A stretch of 64,000 nt of DNA, from contig NC_083277.1 of the NCBI RefSeq assembly GCF_963506605.1, positions 36,394,001 through 36,458,000 of the forward strand, read 5' to 3'. Positions 39,132-52,333 of the stretch are shown here, piece after piece (the first letter of the stretch is position 1; each line of letters starts with the position of its first letter). Source of the stretch: Zootoca vivipara (taxonomy: Eukaryota). The notes beneath the pieces are model-generated. The model had not been told where the DNA came from, made no database searches, and saw nothing but the letters and a program-made list of their open reading frames with translations. Both the position numbers and the translations under genes were made by a program.

Positions 39132-39285
39132 ACTGGGGATGTATTTTAGTGGCAGAATGTCTGCTTTGCATGCAGAAAGTGCCAGATTCAATCCCCAGTG
39201 GGGCTGGGACAACATCTGCCAGTCACTGTAGAAAATAATGAGCTAAATAGACGCATGGTCTGACTATTTTGTAAGGCACCTTCCT
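39132..39285 (+). mobile_element. Old tRNA-derived SINE; weaker copies near 30428-30510 and 44040-44190
   Basis: tRNA-Ala-like head agtggcagaatgtctgctttgcatgcagaaagtgccagattcaatcccc; tail atggtctgact...taaggcaccttcct. Confidence 0.65.
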
Positions 39286-39870
39286 GAAGGAAGGGGGTGG
39301 ATTCTTCTTTTCTCCTTACCAACAGTACAGGAAGTGATGAGCGCTTGAGCAAGAGGATAGAGAAAGTTTGCAAAGTGGTGATAGGTTCATCAGTGTGCAT
39401 GTCAAAACCACACCTCTTTGAAAAAATCAGGTGATTAATTCTATGACTGTCTAAACTTGGAGATAGCACAACTCTCCCATGCTTTTAAAATGTCACTTCT
39501 TCTTCTTATTATTATTATTACTATTATTATCTAAAAAGACAACAGAAGGAATCTAGGGAAAACACAGCAGGTCAATGAGTAGTGAATGAACCAAGACTGG
39601 GTAATCCCAGAGTAAATACCTTGTCTAGAAACACTCATACATACAAGTTCTGTTATGTATAAGGATATGCAGTTAGCACCTCAATGAACCTAGTGCTACT
39701 CATGCCCAGTTAGGTACTCAGTTCTAATGAAACAGTTAGCTGAAGGAATGGGAAAATGGAATTTGCAGGGTATTGTGAAGAGGGGTATAAGAAGTGGAAG
39801 CAAAGAAATCAGTATTGAGACTACTGGGGGCAACATATCCCAAGATTGTTGAATACATCAATCTTACATA

Positions 39871-40064
39871 CAGTGGTACCTCGACGTATGAAGGCGATCC
39901 GCTCCGCACTGCTCTTCGGAAGTCGAATCCTTCGTAAATCCATTTTGCGCATGCGCAGACCACACGTGCCGCTTCTGCGCAGGCACAGAACGCGCGCATG
40001 GCGAAAATACTTCCGGGTTTGCCAACTTCGGAAGTCGAAGCATTCGTAAGTCGAGGTACCACTG
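39871..40064. mobile_element. Tigger/pogo-like MITE, young and CpG-rich
   Basis: TA|cagtggtacctcgac ... gtcgaggtaccactg|TA; perfect 15-bp TIR. Confidence 0.92.
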
Positions 40065-42426
40065 TATTTCAATTCCTTCCACAACATCCTTATAGAAAAG
40101 TAAGGTTGCTCATTCATCACTTTAGATATCACTCCTTAGCTGGAAGATCAGAAATAGCCAAAAACTGTACAGCTATCTTCAGTGCCCTTTAGCTGTATCC
40201 AAGTTAAAGCTGCTACGTCAGCTGCAGTGTTTCATTCTCTTCTCTCTGCTGAATCAGTATTGTCCCTTGCCAATTTTAAATTCTATTCCTGGTTTATGAA
40301 TATTTATTTCCTTATCTATCATTTTGATAGGTAAATCTAGTTAAGCTGCTTTATTGTGCAATCTAGAATTTTCTTCTTGCATGTAACTGGAATTTTTCAG
40401 TTCATCCTTGCATCTTATTCCACCACTTCCACAGGAGTAGCACCTAAATTGGCACCTGTTCAGAAATTCTCAGAACAGGAGCTATATATAACCAACATTT
40501 AAAGAAGGCTAGAATGCATAAAGATGGATTGGTTTTGCTGTACCATATGTCATGATGGGATTGCAAAAGAATCTGATATTTTCCCAGTTCACACATCACA
40601 TTAAACTATAGTTTAACTATGGTTTAACACAAAGGAGCAGTACACTGGCTCATGCTGCTCTAAAGTCCTCACTTTGCTCCTTTGCCACTCCTAGCCATGC
40701 CATAAGTCTATGCTTGTTGTGTCAACTGAACCTAGACTTCTGGTTTGTTTCTATCCAAATAAACCACAAGTAGTGAGCCAAGAACTAAAAAAAAACCCAA
40801 AAACCGTGGTTCGCTGCTTGTGGTTTGTTTGGTCAGGAGTGGGTGGGAACAAAAATAGGGACTTTTGAGCAGCCTACACCAACACATTAAACCACAGTCA
40901 AGCACAATGGGTGGTATCCAGCAAAGTAGCTCCATTAGCACAAGGCTTTCTGGTTATGCAGCAGAACTTCCCCTCCCTCAGCTCTCCCAGTGTGCTCCCT
41001 AAATCTGTTCTGGGGATTCTCCCAACCCTACAAAGATGAGCAGAGGGAAGGGAACTCTTATTGTGCAGACAAAGATCATTGAGCTAATGGAACTATTTCA
41101 TTGGAACCAGACCAACTACCTCAAGTCACTTCCTAGATCACCTACGTTGCACAAAATCATCAACAACATGTATCAAGCTCTACTGGCCTCTCACAGGTTG
41201 CTGTTTTATTAGATTTTTTTATTTGATTAAGGAGAAATGTTTCGCTACACAAGTTCCTCAAAAGTTGACCTGCCAGGATCTTCTCCTTCTTTATGGTGGT
41301 ATTGCCACATTCTACTTGCTCCAGGAGCAAGTCGGGTTAGCATAAACATTATCCAGCAGATAGAGCAATAGACCAACTCTATGAAAAGTTGGCATTCAAA
41401 ACTCACATAAACCCTTGGTTTGATTATTGCGATTGTTCTACTCTCAGTTCCTCAGACAGAACTTCCACAAAGAGGATGCTGAAAATGTGAGCATGGTAGG
41501 ACAATACTGTTACATTTGCAAACTTGCTTTTCATTGGGTTTAATTGCATAATGTGCCTTTTCAACAGCAACTGCCAAGACTATAAATAACTGGTGTGGAA
41601 AACACTTTCAGCTGTTAGTGCTGATATTCAAGAGAAGAACACAGGCAAAGACCATCTCAGCTGGCCTTTCCCTCTTCCTTCACCCCAGGGCTATCTACCA
41701 TCAACTGTTCTGTGGGAAGGATCCCAGTTAAATTTACAGGTTGATACTGATTGTGTTTCTTTTTAAAATGTAGTTTAGTGCTCCTTGTAAGCAGCCTTGG
41801 AAGAAGCTGTATTCTAAATCACAGGATATAAATAACTGCAATAATTAATTAATGTGCTGTCAATCACTAAGATGTAGGAGGTGTTTTCAGTGGCCTCCAT
41901 ATCGGGGTTTCAAATTTTTAAATTAACCTTCGGCTCTCCATTTGTTAAAATGGGAACAGCCCAAGTTACTCAGAAGTAAATAAGGGAAGTAAGGTAAGCT
42001 GTTTTGTTTATTTTCAAATACTTATAGTAAGAGGTGTTTTATTAGGATTTCCCGCTCTGCATTCTAGAAACATAAAATAAATCGAGTGGTCCAGTTTAGT
42101 TTGTCAAACTACCTTTCCAAGATGTTAAGGCCCTGCACACAAAGTTTTTGTTTCTTTTTTCAAGTCAATGTGGAAATTGTAGGCTTTCTCACTTCTCCAC
42201 AAGCACAATTTCCTCTCTGTTTTCTCACCCAGATTTCTCACTATCCGTCACCATCCTTCATACAATTCTCCTATTCTAGACTATCACTGCTGCCACCTCA
42301 GGTCCCTGGCTCTTTTTACTAGGCCTTTCTTCCTAGCCTCTCACTTGGTAAGTCATTTCCCCCAACCTCCAAGCAGAAAGCCCTCGGCTAAGACATTTCT
42401 TTACCACTGACACTCTGAGCCACTAT

Positions 42427-42755
42427 GTTGTTGTTGTTGTTGTTTAGTCGTTTAGTTGTGTCTGATTCTTCGTGACCCCATGGACCAGAGCACGCCAGGC
42501 ACTCCTGTCTTCCATTGCCTCCCGCAGTTTGGTCAAACTGATGTTGGTGGCTTCGAGAACACTGTCCAACCATCTCATCCTCTGTCGTCCCCTTCTCCTT
42601 TCCCAACATCAGGGTCCTTTCCAGGGAGTCTTCTCTTCTCATGAGGTGGCCAAAGTATTGGAGCCTCAGCTTCACGATCTGTCCTTCCAGTGAGCACTCA
42701 GGGCTGATTTCTTCAGAATGGATAGGTTTGATCTTCTTGCAGTCCATGGGAGCCA
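42427..42755 (-). mobile_element. BovB LINE 3' fragment
   Basis: Similar to 7375-7710 with a small internal deletion; 11-bp TSD tgagccactat (42416-42426, 42756-42766). Confidence 0.93.
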
Positions 42756-45439
42756 TGAGCCACTATAGTACTTAGCTATTGCACTGTAAGAGGGGGAAAC
42801 TACAGTTTACAACAGTACTGTATTGGGAAGGAAGGTACGTCCCTGCACACATTTTTCCCTGTTGAAATCGCAACAAAATTCATAAGAGGTCACAACAAAA
42901 CGCAGCTGTAGGAACTTGGCCACAGAAGCATAATGCAGGCTGCACTGCAGAACTCCAAAGGCCACATGTTGCTGATATGTGCAGAAGGATTCAAGGATCT
43001 CATCCACTGGCAACCAGAGACCTTGAGTATGAGGGACATTCAGCCAAATACTACCACCAAATAATTAGGTGCATTGCAAACCAGTGTAATAGACATTCTT
43101 TTCCAACAGCAAACCAATTAGCAGATTTACTCTCAACTTTAATATGGGGTGACTGTGGCTTTTATACAATTTTGCACAACAGCTAATTCCGGGATAGACT
43201 TTTCCCAACTCTTGTCTGTTTAATGTTCTTTCCATGCAAGAGTCTTATATTGCACTTAACTAGGGCATTATTCACTTCAAAAATTATTCCTGGAATCACT
43301 ACTAAGTGGGATTCTCTCACCAGGCTGTTAATGAAGAATGATTTGAAAGAGACATCTTTTAGAATATCATAATAAAGTCCAGATGGAGCCCAGTATACTT
43401 TTCATTGCTGCTGTCAATCTCTATCGCATTTCACGTAATGAGATGCTGACATCTCAGTTCCTGACCAGCATATTTAGTTGCTATGCTATGGTGTCTGGAG
43501 AAGTGGGGTGAGGGGAAGGAAACCAGCCATCATTTGCAGACAGGTTTTTATTGCTTAGGCCTTAGGTTATGCATATCAAGTTTGGCCAGCGTTATGCCAT
43601 TCGCTCAGGCGTTATGTAATTTGCCAGCATCTATTTTCCAGGATGCATTCAGACATCACATTCTCCAGTCTTCCAAAATCATGGCTTGGGAAATTGGGAA
43701 CAAGCCAAGTTGATGTGTGCTCCCCTACTTCATGCACCCTGCTTAGCAGATCATTTCCTAGTTTGAGATAGGACAATTTTCCATGGCATTCAAACCAGCA
43801 CATGGGTTTGAATTATTCCTTCAGAATGGGAAGGGCAAGGCACACACATAGCTTGTTCCCAATCTAAACCATGGTTTGAATGATTGGCTGTATTTAGAAG
43901 TCATCTTATCCAGAGCTTTTGCTAATATACATAACCCAATACGGAAATGCCACATGATTAAGAATTCCAAAGTCTTGAATATCCAATCTATCCAATTTCC
44001 TGTTCCAATCTATCCAAGATTCTGCTCATGATAAACTGTTGGCATAAGATCCCTGTTTCAGCTGTTGGCATCTCCAGTTAAAGGAGATTAACAGAACTAG
44101 AAGATATTTTTGCCCAAGATTCTGAAGTGCCATTGACTAGCTAGATTAGACTGTCATGGGATCAAATGGGCCATTGATCTTATACTATACCAAGGATAAA
44201 ACACATTCACATGTATGGTATACTGTATTTCAGTACATTAGGAGCTCAAGCTCTTTCACCAGCTCCCATTCAAAGACCTTCAAACATTTCCCTGCATGTT
44301 TTTAAAATAAAAACAATTACTAGAGCTTTCAAGCCATCTTTTAAAAAGGGGTCTTATATTAATTTACCTACAGTCTCATCAAGTCCAGCAAAATTAATTA
44401 GGAAATCTAGATTCGATAAAACCCTGTGGCATTTATATGATGCAAGAGGTTCATTTATCTTTTGAAATAGCCACAATAAAAATTAATTAAGACTTTCTGC
44501 AAATGGCCAACACTGGTCAATATTCCAAAACATGATTATTCTTCTATATAAATCCCAGCTGACTGAACTTTGACAGAAATCTTACAGAAGGCAATTCTTC
44601 ACTTAGAATAATACATGCGAAGATCTGCATCCAGCTGAACAAAATCAATCCAAGCTTTTCTACTTCTAGAATAACCTAAGTACATCTTGCTGATGTTCTC
44701 CTTTTTCAATGTGATCACAGCCACTGCAGCGAATAATATTGTTCTGAAACTCTTTTTATTGCTTACACTGTCATTTCTAACTTAATCATAAGCTTGCTCA
44801 ATTGGATCCTTGCCCTTTTCCTAAGGCTATTCATCCAGCATTTATGTTTAGAGGTTTTGCTGCTGCTTCCATCTCATTCCATTTAACTTTCTTGCAATTA
44901 TCTCTGCAGAGCTCAACATCAGGACAAAAATCTTCATCTGGGAAAAATAGCAAAAGAATAAGGTACACAGCTCTCTGACTTGAATTCAATTATCCCACTA
45001 CACAAATGTAACATGCTTCATCTTCTGCAGGGGAAAGACTCATTTTCCCTACTTCACAAGTTTTCTGCAGATTGGAGAAAACAGGTGAACACACACACAG
45101 AGGGGGGGGGGATGATCTTTGGATCCAAACCTGTATGTCAAATCTGTATTCACATTTAGTATCTGTCCAGATCAAGTAAACAAGGAGACCAAAATTTTGT
45201 GGTACCCAGGCTGCCCTCTCCTTCTAGAGTATGGCAGATAAGAGTAATATATTTTCTATACAAATACACTCCAGCATGCAGGACCATTAAGATCCACAAC
45301 AGAGAAAGGATTTTGCCTTTAAAAAATAGCAAAGAGCATACCACCAATCGTAAATAATCCTATGAAACAGAAGTTGGCCATCTTTGACACAGAGCAGCAA
45401 ACATACCAATGGTTAAACTGAAGTAGAACAAAGGAGCAA

Positions 45440-45730
45440 AAGAAAAGTCTTGTTGGACCAGGCCAAAGGCCCATCTAGTCCAGTATCCTGTTCTCACGGT
45501 GGCCAAGTAGATGCCCATGAGAAGTCAGTAAGCAGGAACTTAGTGCAACAGCCCTCTCCCTGAAGCTGGTATTCAGAGTCATACTTACAGTAGAACCTTA
45601 TTCTCAAATAATTTGTCTAATTGTTTTATAAAGCCATACGAGTTGGTAGCCATCCTTTCCTCCTGAGGGAACAAATAACATAGTTAAAACCATGTGCTGT
45701 TTGAATAAGTACTTTTCTTGTGTGTCCTGA
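45440..45730 (-). mobile_element. CR1 LINE 3' end
   Basis: ggaccaggccaaaggcccatctagtccagtatcctgttctcac and taatttgtctaa...taaagccat are reverse-complement CR1 3' motifs. Confidence 0.75.
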
Positions 45731-47625
45731 TAAAGTTAATTATGATCTAGAAGAAAGGCACATTGAAGTTTATGGCACAGCAGCAGCAAAGTTTGCCGCC
45801 CCCTCAAATTAATCTTATACAGAATTCTTTTTTTGTCAGCAATTTGATCCCAATAATTCAATAGCTGTTTTTAAATGAGAAGAGTCAGCCAACAGAGTTT
45901 GGATTCCGGAACAGTTTTCAGCATTGCTCCAAACCTAGCTCAATTCCGCATGACAGAGAACCTAGTATACAGAAAGGTATTAAGAATCATGGGTTCTCCA
46001 GCAGATTACTGAAGGGAACACTTACAAGGCATGCACATGGATGGGGGCCCCCTCAGTAGATACTCAAAACATGGCTTCATGTTCTTCATGAAGCCAGAAC
46101 GTCTTCCCTTCGGTTTAAGAGGCGTCTGAACACATTTGAAGCACTCAAGCATTCCAACCTAGCCCGCTCACAGCTCGTACCACTGATCCTGCACTCAGAC
46201 TTTTAAAATGGTGGATTGGGGAGCAAGCCACATCCTCTGCACTGTAACGATGTTCTCAGTGTACTCAATGCTGAGGGAGCTGTATTCCCAATACAATTAA
46301 CATTACATCCTCCATAGAGGAGTCAGGTCATGGAAAACAAGTTCCAAGTCCTACCGAGGGTAGATTGTCTCATTTCTGGGACTACATATGACTCAGTATG
46401 TTATACAGGCAATCCCTCCTCCAATTTATGGGGGGATTATGTTCCAGGTCATCTCATGCATCAACCCGCCCCCATTCCGGTGCTGAACACTGTGCATATA
46501 TGCGCGTGCCTCTAATGCGCACAGATTGAAAGTTGCCAGCACTTAATCAGCTGCAAACTGAATTTAAAATAAAACTCTCATACTCTCAGCACAATATCAC
46601 GGTTTCATCAAAGTGCTACTATGTTTTTATTTCAGTGCTGTGGAACATTAAGTTTGCATTTATTTATTTTAGAGCACACGCTCCAGGCAGGAAGGAAAAG
46701 TCCTCTTTTCAAAAAGCACTTCGACTGGTATTTCAGCTGTCATCATTTCACCACTGCCATCATCATAATCACTCCAGCAAGACGACACTTCTCCCCACTA
46801 TTCCACAATGAATGGGCTTTGAGGTGGAACTCATATGACTTATGCGCTTGGCTATAAACCATCAGATTGAGTTCAAATAATTACAACTCCAGAAAGAAAC
46901 CTGGCAGTTATCTGACATGGTTTGTTACATTAAATGGCACCCTATTTCTTACGTGCTGTATCTTTATTCACTTTGATGTATGATCACTCCATACACCCCT
47001 TGATTGCTTTTGAAAAGCAATCTAAATTAATGTGAATTGGTAAAGGGTAATTATCACTATGAATAATTAGTGCATGCTAATAAATGCAAATAGGACAAAA
47101 TGTTAAGTCTTACCACTGCTAATAGATCTTGTTCTTGATATGCTTCCTAAGAGGGTTTCTACAGCATGAACAAAGATAGAGGGAGAGCTGTGTCCATAGT
47201 TACAAGGAGCATTTGTAGGACAAGAGGCAATTTTAGCAAGTATTGCAAATACTGAGAGAGCTCAGCAATTTGAATTGAAAACTGCAGACATGGAAAAAAA
47301 GCTGTTTTAATTCATGCTTTTTTCTGCAAATATAGATTCAACATTCCAATTTCAAAAGAATTCTCCTTAAGTTGCCATACTTATGGATCTACACTGTTCA
47401 TTTTTAGTACCGGTAGTTCTATCATTCATTATTTATAAATAATGTTGTTGGTTTTTTTACCTCAGCTTGCTTTTTCATTTTTCATTTATTAGAGTCATTA
47501 CCAGTTTCACAGGTTTCCTAGTTTTATATTTCTATTGGTCTTAAAACTCCTTTTTTAAAAACTCTGACACACAGTGACACACAAACAACTCATGGTATTA
47601 TGTTAGAGAGTGCAATCACATGATG

Positions 47626-47999
47626 GGAGCAGGTGGCGCTGTGATCTAAACCACTGAGCCTCTTGGGCTTGCTGATTGGAAGATTGGCGGTTCGAATCTG
47701 TGCAACAGGGTGAGCTCCCGTTGCTCTGTCCCAGCTCCTGCCAACCTAGCAGTTCGAAAGCATACCAGTGCAAGTAGATAAATAGGTACCGCTGTGGCGG
47801 GAAGGCAAACAGCATTTCCATGTGCTCTGGCACTCATCACTGTGTCCCATTGCACCAGAAGCGGTTTAGTCACGCTGACCACATGACCTGGAAAGCTGTC
47901 TGCGGACAAACACCAGCTCCCTCTGCCTGAAGCGAGATGAGCGCTGCACCCCATAGTCACCTCTGACTGGACTTAACCATCCAGGGATCCTTTACCTTT
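47626..47999 (+). mobile_element. Sauria SINE, full length
   Basis: Same structure as 10193-10539; 8-bp TSD acatgatg (47618-47625, 48000-48007). Confidence 0.93.
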
Positions 48000-48809
48000 A
48001 CATGATGCAACATTCATTGCTATTTTGCTTCACAATGCATTCTCTCAAGCTGTAGAATTGTCAAAATACCAGCTTAATGCAATATTGTTTGTTCTGCTAT
48101 GCTTGGGATGTTTCGAAATATCCACTCAGAATTCAAGCAACTGACGTAAATATTCTTGCTGTTCATTATTTAAGACACTAGGTTTTAGTTTGCCTTTCTT
48201 TAATACAATTTCTGACTTCAGTCCCCAGACTACTGTTAGACAGCAGGAATCAGGAGAAAAGTCTTTTTCAAGATGTTCCACAAGAATAATTATAGCCACA
48301 AATTAGTTAGAGGTGGCCCACATCCTTTTTGCCCTCAGACTTTTCCCCACTTGACTCATATCCCTTCCCCACAACCATAGCAAAAATAAGTTGTTTCCCT
48401 ACTCTACATAGATGACAGACGTGTGTATATAGCAGATTATATATAACTCTCATATTATATAGTTCATGACACCTATGAATCATCTACAAATATGAGCACT
48501 CCTTGTTTCCTTCTTTATGATGTATCAGTTGTCCAGCCAGGAACAGAAGAGAGAACCCTATGGTAGTTACCAATAATGCCCAAGTAGGAAAACATCAGCC
48601 GCCACCAGACTATGCAGATCAACAATATTACTCTAATAACCAAACTAAAGTCTAATGCTCTTTGGAGCTGGGTTCAAGGAAGCTTACCAGGCACACAGTG
48701 CTTGCAGCCAATAAATACACTGGAATCATGGGTATCTTTTCTTTTATTGTGTGTGTGCTTTGAGCGTACTTGAATATATTTGTCATCAATTTTTATGTAG
48801 CACAGCAGG

Positions 48810-48935
48810 GATGTGGTGCCTTCCAAATGTTGTTGGACTCCAACTCCCATCAGCACCAGTCAACATGGTAAATGGTTAAGGATAATGGAGTTGTAGTCCA
48901 TCAACATCCGAAGGGCACCATACTCTGCTATCCCT
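48810..48935. mobile_element. Older palindromic hAT-MITE relative; others at 9270-9362, 26126-26222, 30983-31028
   Basis: Arms tgttgttggactccaactcccatca / ggagttgtagtccatcaacatc. Confidence 0.65.
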
Positions 48936-50148
48936 GGTTTACAGTCTGCATGTGTTGGAATACACACCTCATATTTTGTTATGTCCTGGGAGGAAGTTAT
49001 GGTCTCTAGAAAGTTGACACTTGCCAAGCAAAACAATTATTGGCCTGTGAAATATATTTTGCCCCCATAAAACTGGTTTTTATTCCACTTGAATTTTCTT
49101 CTGCATTAGGGTTCCTCAATCACAAATATTTTTGTTTTCAAGCTGCTTGAATTTTTATCTGCTGCTCTGCTTTTTCATATTTTTGTTTTTTGAGTTTATA
49201 ATCTTGACTGTCCTAGACATTTTATGGAAAGGAGGGGTACAAATGTTTTTAATTTTTTATATAAAAGGGAGCAGAGAGCTCATAATCATAACATATACTT
49301 ACCTTTACTGCAAGAGACTATATGGAGTACATAGCAAGTCTGAATCTTGAAATTTCTATCTAACTAAGCTTTGAAAGAAAGTGTTGCAATTACCAATTTA
49401 GAAGGTTACATAATATTCCAAAACCCAGTCATAGTTATTTCTCCCCAAACAAGCCCTTTTGACCTTAGTTTTCCTTTAAACTTTGTGTACTGTATACAAG
49501 ATATGTTTTCAGTGTAAAGGTTCTCTGTATATAGTATGCAGCTCTGAAGGAAGAAATAACTTGAAATCAATCTTGGAGGGCTATTGCATGATCGACCAGG
49601 TGCTGGCAGAACATTAGAAAAACTTCTTTAAAAACAGCTCATTTGAGTTCCTGAAGGATAAGAATACCATCGCACTTTCTTCATCAGCTCAATTTGAGCA
49701 TAATGTTACCACAATAATTACAGTTCAAAAACATGGAGTTCGTTATATTTGCATTCAGTCAGGGATCTTTTTGCAACAGTACTCATATGGAGTCCCATCA
49801 CCTCTTTTTTTGCTGCCCAGGGTAGCCATTTTGTGCTGGCACCCACAACACTTTTATCAATGTGAGTACCGGCACGTCATTTTTTACACACAAAAGACAT
49901 CACTGCATACAGGATACTTTTATCAGGAGATTCCATTATTCAGGCTTGCCTACTTTGTGACTCCTTTTATAGAGGAAAGCTGTCTAAAGTGGTCAGCAGA
50001 ACCTTGAGCTTCCTTTGCTGCACAACAGCAGTGAGACCAAGCTACATAACGTTTGTGCAGAGATGGGAGGTGCTCAGGTTGCCATTCAGAGTTTGAAACC
50101 AGATCTTCTTCTGGAAAAGTACCAGCGGCAGCCACTGAGCCTTGCAAG

Positions 50149-50363
50149 TAGGGTTGCCAGACTCAATAGAGGACAGGACTTCTGTGCCTTTAATTGCCCT
50201 GCTCTCTTTTGAGTCTGGAAACCTTAAAGAGAAACCAGCAGACCCTTTGCTTGGAAATTAAACAAAGGATCTGCTGGTTTCTCTTTAAGGTTTCCAGACT
50301 CAAAAGAGAGCAGGGCAATTAAAGGCACAGAAGTCCTGTCCTCTATTGAGTCTGGCAACCCTA
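50149..50363. mobile_element. 215-bp fold-back hAT MITE (near-perfect palindrome)
   Basis: 101-bp arms with one mismatch, 13-nt loop, TIR tagggttgcc, 8-bp TSD cttgcaag (50141-50148, 50364-50371). Confidence 0.93.
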
Positions 50364-50599
50364 CTTGCAAGCTGTTGAGTTTTCCAACCTTTCTTGCTCA
50401 TAGCTCTGTACCTTTTCGGTGGGGTCATTGTACAACCTATGGCTAAGTGGTTTGTTCATGTTTGACAACCATGGTCAAGCAGCTGGACCAGGTCTGGATG
50501 ATCCATATACCATGGTTTAATTAACCCATGCCTTAACATTATGTGTGAACCTGGTCAGTATGGTAAGTGTCTAGTATGTGTGCCCAGGAGGATGTTATT

Positions 50600-51390
50600 A
50601 ATTAATAAAATATTGCCTTTCACATGCAGTAAAAGGTGGCATATATGAGAACAGAAGTACAATAAAATTACAGTTTAGAATACAAAATGGCAACCATTAG
50701 ATCAATGGCAAAAATGTTTTAAAAATAAACCAGCTGGTGTTAATGGCCAGCAAAGGCCTCATAAAATAAATGGGGATAAAGCAAGCACTGAAACGGCATC
50801 AATGTAGGTGTCTGCCGCAGTACAGAGGGGAAGTGGCTCCTCAGAGAGGGCACCAATACTGCAAAGGCCCTCCCTGTGGGCAGGGCTAAATGAGACCCAG
50901 CAGGTCACCATAAAACCAGGAGGGCCTCACTGAATTATCTTAATAACCAAGCAGGCTGATATGGTGGAAAGCCCTGTATTTCAGGTAAGTTGGTCCCAAA
51001 ATGTTTATGGCTTTGTAGGTGAAAACTAAAATCTTAAACCTGGCCTGGTATGATGCTAGCAGCCACCACATGCTCCCTTAAAAGAGTTGTGTAACAAGTG
51101 CACAGTAAGATGCCCCACTCAGCATCTCAACTGCTGCTTTTTATATTAGGGGCACCTTCCAGAGCAGTCCCACATCAAAGTATCCAAACTTGGGTTCACC
51201 AATGAATGAGTCACAGTAAGAAGGCTATCCCAGTCTATGAATAAGTTGTAGCTGCTGCAATAGCCAAAGCATTCCTAGCCAGTGTATCTATCAAGCGACA
51301 GAATATGTCTTTTTTTGTCACACCCAAACTATGCAGCTTCTACTTGGGGAGGAGGGTGCAACCTCATCCACAGGGGGTGGACATCACAAC
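50600..51390 (-). mobile_element. Old L2 LINE remnant; small plus-strand L2 piece at 56310-56440
   Basis: Reverse complement gives ccaggccaggtttaagattttagttttcacctacaaagccataaacattttgggacc (the L2 RFKILVFTYKA motif) and gggcctttgcagt. Confidence 0.65.
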
Positions 51391-51816
51391 TATTTCCCAT
51401 CAACTATTTTTCTGTTTTTATATTGTAAACCACCCTGTGATCTTCGGATGAAGGGCAGTATAGAAATAATAACTATTGCATTTACAATAACAGGTAAAAT
51501 GGATGCAGCGAGATAACACAATGTACAGCCTCAGGTTAGTGATGCAATTAATCCTATAACTGTACTAGTGTAGTTGCACAGATTAGCATTACCACACCAA
51601 CAAACCACCTCCATAGCACAGTATTTATCATTCTCTTATGGAGCTTTCAACCATCTCCACCAGTAACTTAATTGGCTGAGACCAAATGCAATTGTCACCA
51701 ACATAATAGCAGAATGGAGTTGCCCCACCACCCAAGACACAGTGGTATGTCACTGTGCATATCACCCAGATAAATAGCAGTACGTAGCCATTCCTTCAAG
51801 ATACATAACAGCAATA

Positions 51817-52333
51817 CAGTGGAACCTCGGTTTATGAACACCTCGGTTTATGAATTTTTGGTTTATGAACACTGTGGACCCATCTGGAACGGATTAATTC
51901 ATTTTCCATTACTTTCAATGGGAAAGTTTGCTTCAGTTTATGAACGCTTCAGTTTAAGTACTCTGTGGACCGTCTGGAACGGATTAATCCACTTTCCATT
52001 ACTTTCAATGGGAAAGTTCGCTTCAGTTTATGAACGCTTCAGTTTATGAACAGACTTCCGGAACCAATTACACCCATGCTTCAGTTTATGAACGCTTCAG
52101 TTTAAGTACTCCGCGGACCCGTCTGGAACGGATTAATCCACTTTCCATTACTTTCAATGGGAAAGTACGCTTCAGTTTATGAACGCTTCAGTTTAAGTAC
52201 TCTGTGGACCGTCTGGAACGGATTAATCCACTTTCCATTACTTTCAATGGGAAAGTTCGCTTCAGTTTATGAACGCTTCAGTTTATGAACAGACTTCCAG
52301 AACCAATTGTGTTCATAAACCGAGGTACCACTG
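51817..52333. mobile_element. Tigger-like MITE expanded by internal tandem duplications
   Basis: TA|cagtggaacctcggtttatgaaca ... tgttcataaaccgaggtaccactg|TA; four copies of a ~90-bp unit. Confidence 0.9.

Noticed and set aside
51817-52333. CRISPR-like repeat array
   Set aside because: No unique spacers; the units are tandem duplications inside a TA-flanked MITE in a vertebrate intron.
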